A stretch of 63,732 nt of DNA, counting the filler, from Octopus bimaculoides (Eukaryota), in the NCBI RefSeq assembly GCF_001194135.2. It is 5 parts of 4 records of this genome, joined end to end, with 100 filler letters (N's around TTAATTAATTAA, not from the genome) between each part and the next. Parts side by side here need not be neighbours in the genome. Positions count along the whole stretch, not along the records: positions 61,642 to 63,732 come from NW_026398219.1; 4 more parts are not named here. The stretch is one strand, 5' to 3'. The notes beneath the pieces are model-generated. The model was not told where the DNA came from, searched no databases, and saw nothing but the letters and a program-made list of their open reading frames with translations. Of the stretch, positions 62,871 to 63,732 are shown piece after piece. Both the position numbers and the translations under genes were made by a program. Within the stretch, counting starts at the first letter, position 1; the number at the start of each line of letters is the position of its first letter.

Positions 62871-62895
62871 TAGCTGTATTAAACCGTTTGCATTT

Positions 62896-63300
62896 TAACT
62901 AGCCATATCTGGCCAAAATATTCTACCTGTTTTATGTTCAAACTGGCCAGATCAGGCCTCTCCCACCTATCATACAATGTCATTCTAAGAATACAGTCAT
63001 GTCATTAAAATCTTAAAGGTACAAATTTAAGACAATGTGAATAAATAAGCATTATATTTGGTAAAGTAATCTGAATGCTAAAGGGTTAAACTGGCTGCAT
63101 CCAGTCCAAATATTGTGCCTGTTTTATGTTCAAACTGGCCAGATCTGGCTTTTCATATCAACAGTACAATGCTATTCTAAAAATAAATAATCATATCATC
63201 AAAATTTTGGCGGTACAAGATAATTTATGCTTAATTTAAAACAATGTGAATAAATAAGCATTGGCCTTTGATAGATAATTTGATAATGCTATGAGATTAT
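62896..63300. mobile_element. Two tandem piggyBac-like MITE copies related to 8754-8962
   Basis: Share CCTGTTTTATGTT..GAATAAATAAGCATT; the first ends GAATGCTAAAGGGTTAA. Confidence 0.7.
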
Positions 63301-63325
63301 AAAACATACAATGCAACAAGCATTA

Positions 63326-63650
63326 TATGAGGTCTGATCAACAAGTATTAGGGCTGGTGTTATAAAAAGCAAACTACAGCACATATCAATCCAGTATTTC
63401 ATTTCCTTTGAAGTAGTCCCCTTCTGAAGCCATACACATTATCCAGTGTCGTTTCCATAAATGGAAGCATTCCTGGAACTCCTTTTCTTAGGATAGTGAG
63501 CAACTGCCTTCTCACATTCTCTTGGATTTCCTTGACATCTTGAAATCTTGACAGTGAGGGAAGGGGATTGTCTTCCACTCCCAAAATGACTGAGCCTTCG
63601 TTTCAAGGTCATAACCTTTGACACACAATTCATCACCTCTTATGACTGTT
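63326..63650 (-). mobile_element. Mariner-like 3' remnant
   Basis: TATGAGGTCTGATCAA terminus; the reverse strand encodes ECF..WK..WIMCMASEGDYFKG, typical of mariner C-termini. Confidence 0.7.
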
Positions 63651-63732
63651 TTCATACAGGACGGCTGCAGTCAAATGACAGGAGCGAGTAAAAGATGAAA
63701 TATATATGTGTGTGTATATATAAATAAATAGA

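Overview
Eukaryotic, AT-rich, repeat-dense DNA. It is inferred to be octopus (coleoid cephalopod) from the SINE/RTE repertoire and the tandem C2H2 zinc-finger gene style. Four identical artificial 100-bp spacers (44 N + TTAATTAATTAA + 44 N) split the window into five blocks whose adjacency is unproven. Block 1 (1-25709) holds the 5' part of a + strand taxilin gene. Its 2.2-kb exon encodes six tandem 53/44-aa acidic repeats and splices in phase to a recognisable taxilin coiled-coil exon; a decayed copy of part of that exon lies in the next intron. Block 2 (25810-50620) holds a - strand TCFL5/SOHLH-like bHLH gene (basic region and HLH on separate exons, candidate 6-nt microexon, CRE-rich promoter) and the last three exons of NUP160. 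Blocks 3-4 are mostly transposon debris: a Tc1/mariner MITE, a Gypsy gag remnant with an LTR, an RTE LINE and a ~0.5-kb tandem duplication. Block 5 has an 8-finger C2H2 zinc-finger gene. No rRNA, true tRNA or CRISPR array was seen. Gene identities come from remembered family motifs, not database searches, and repeat boundaries are approximate.
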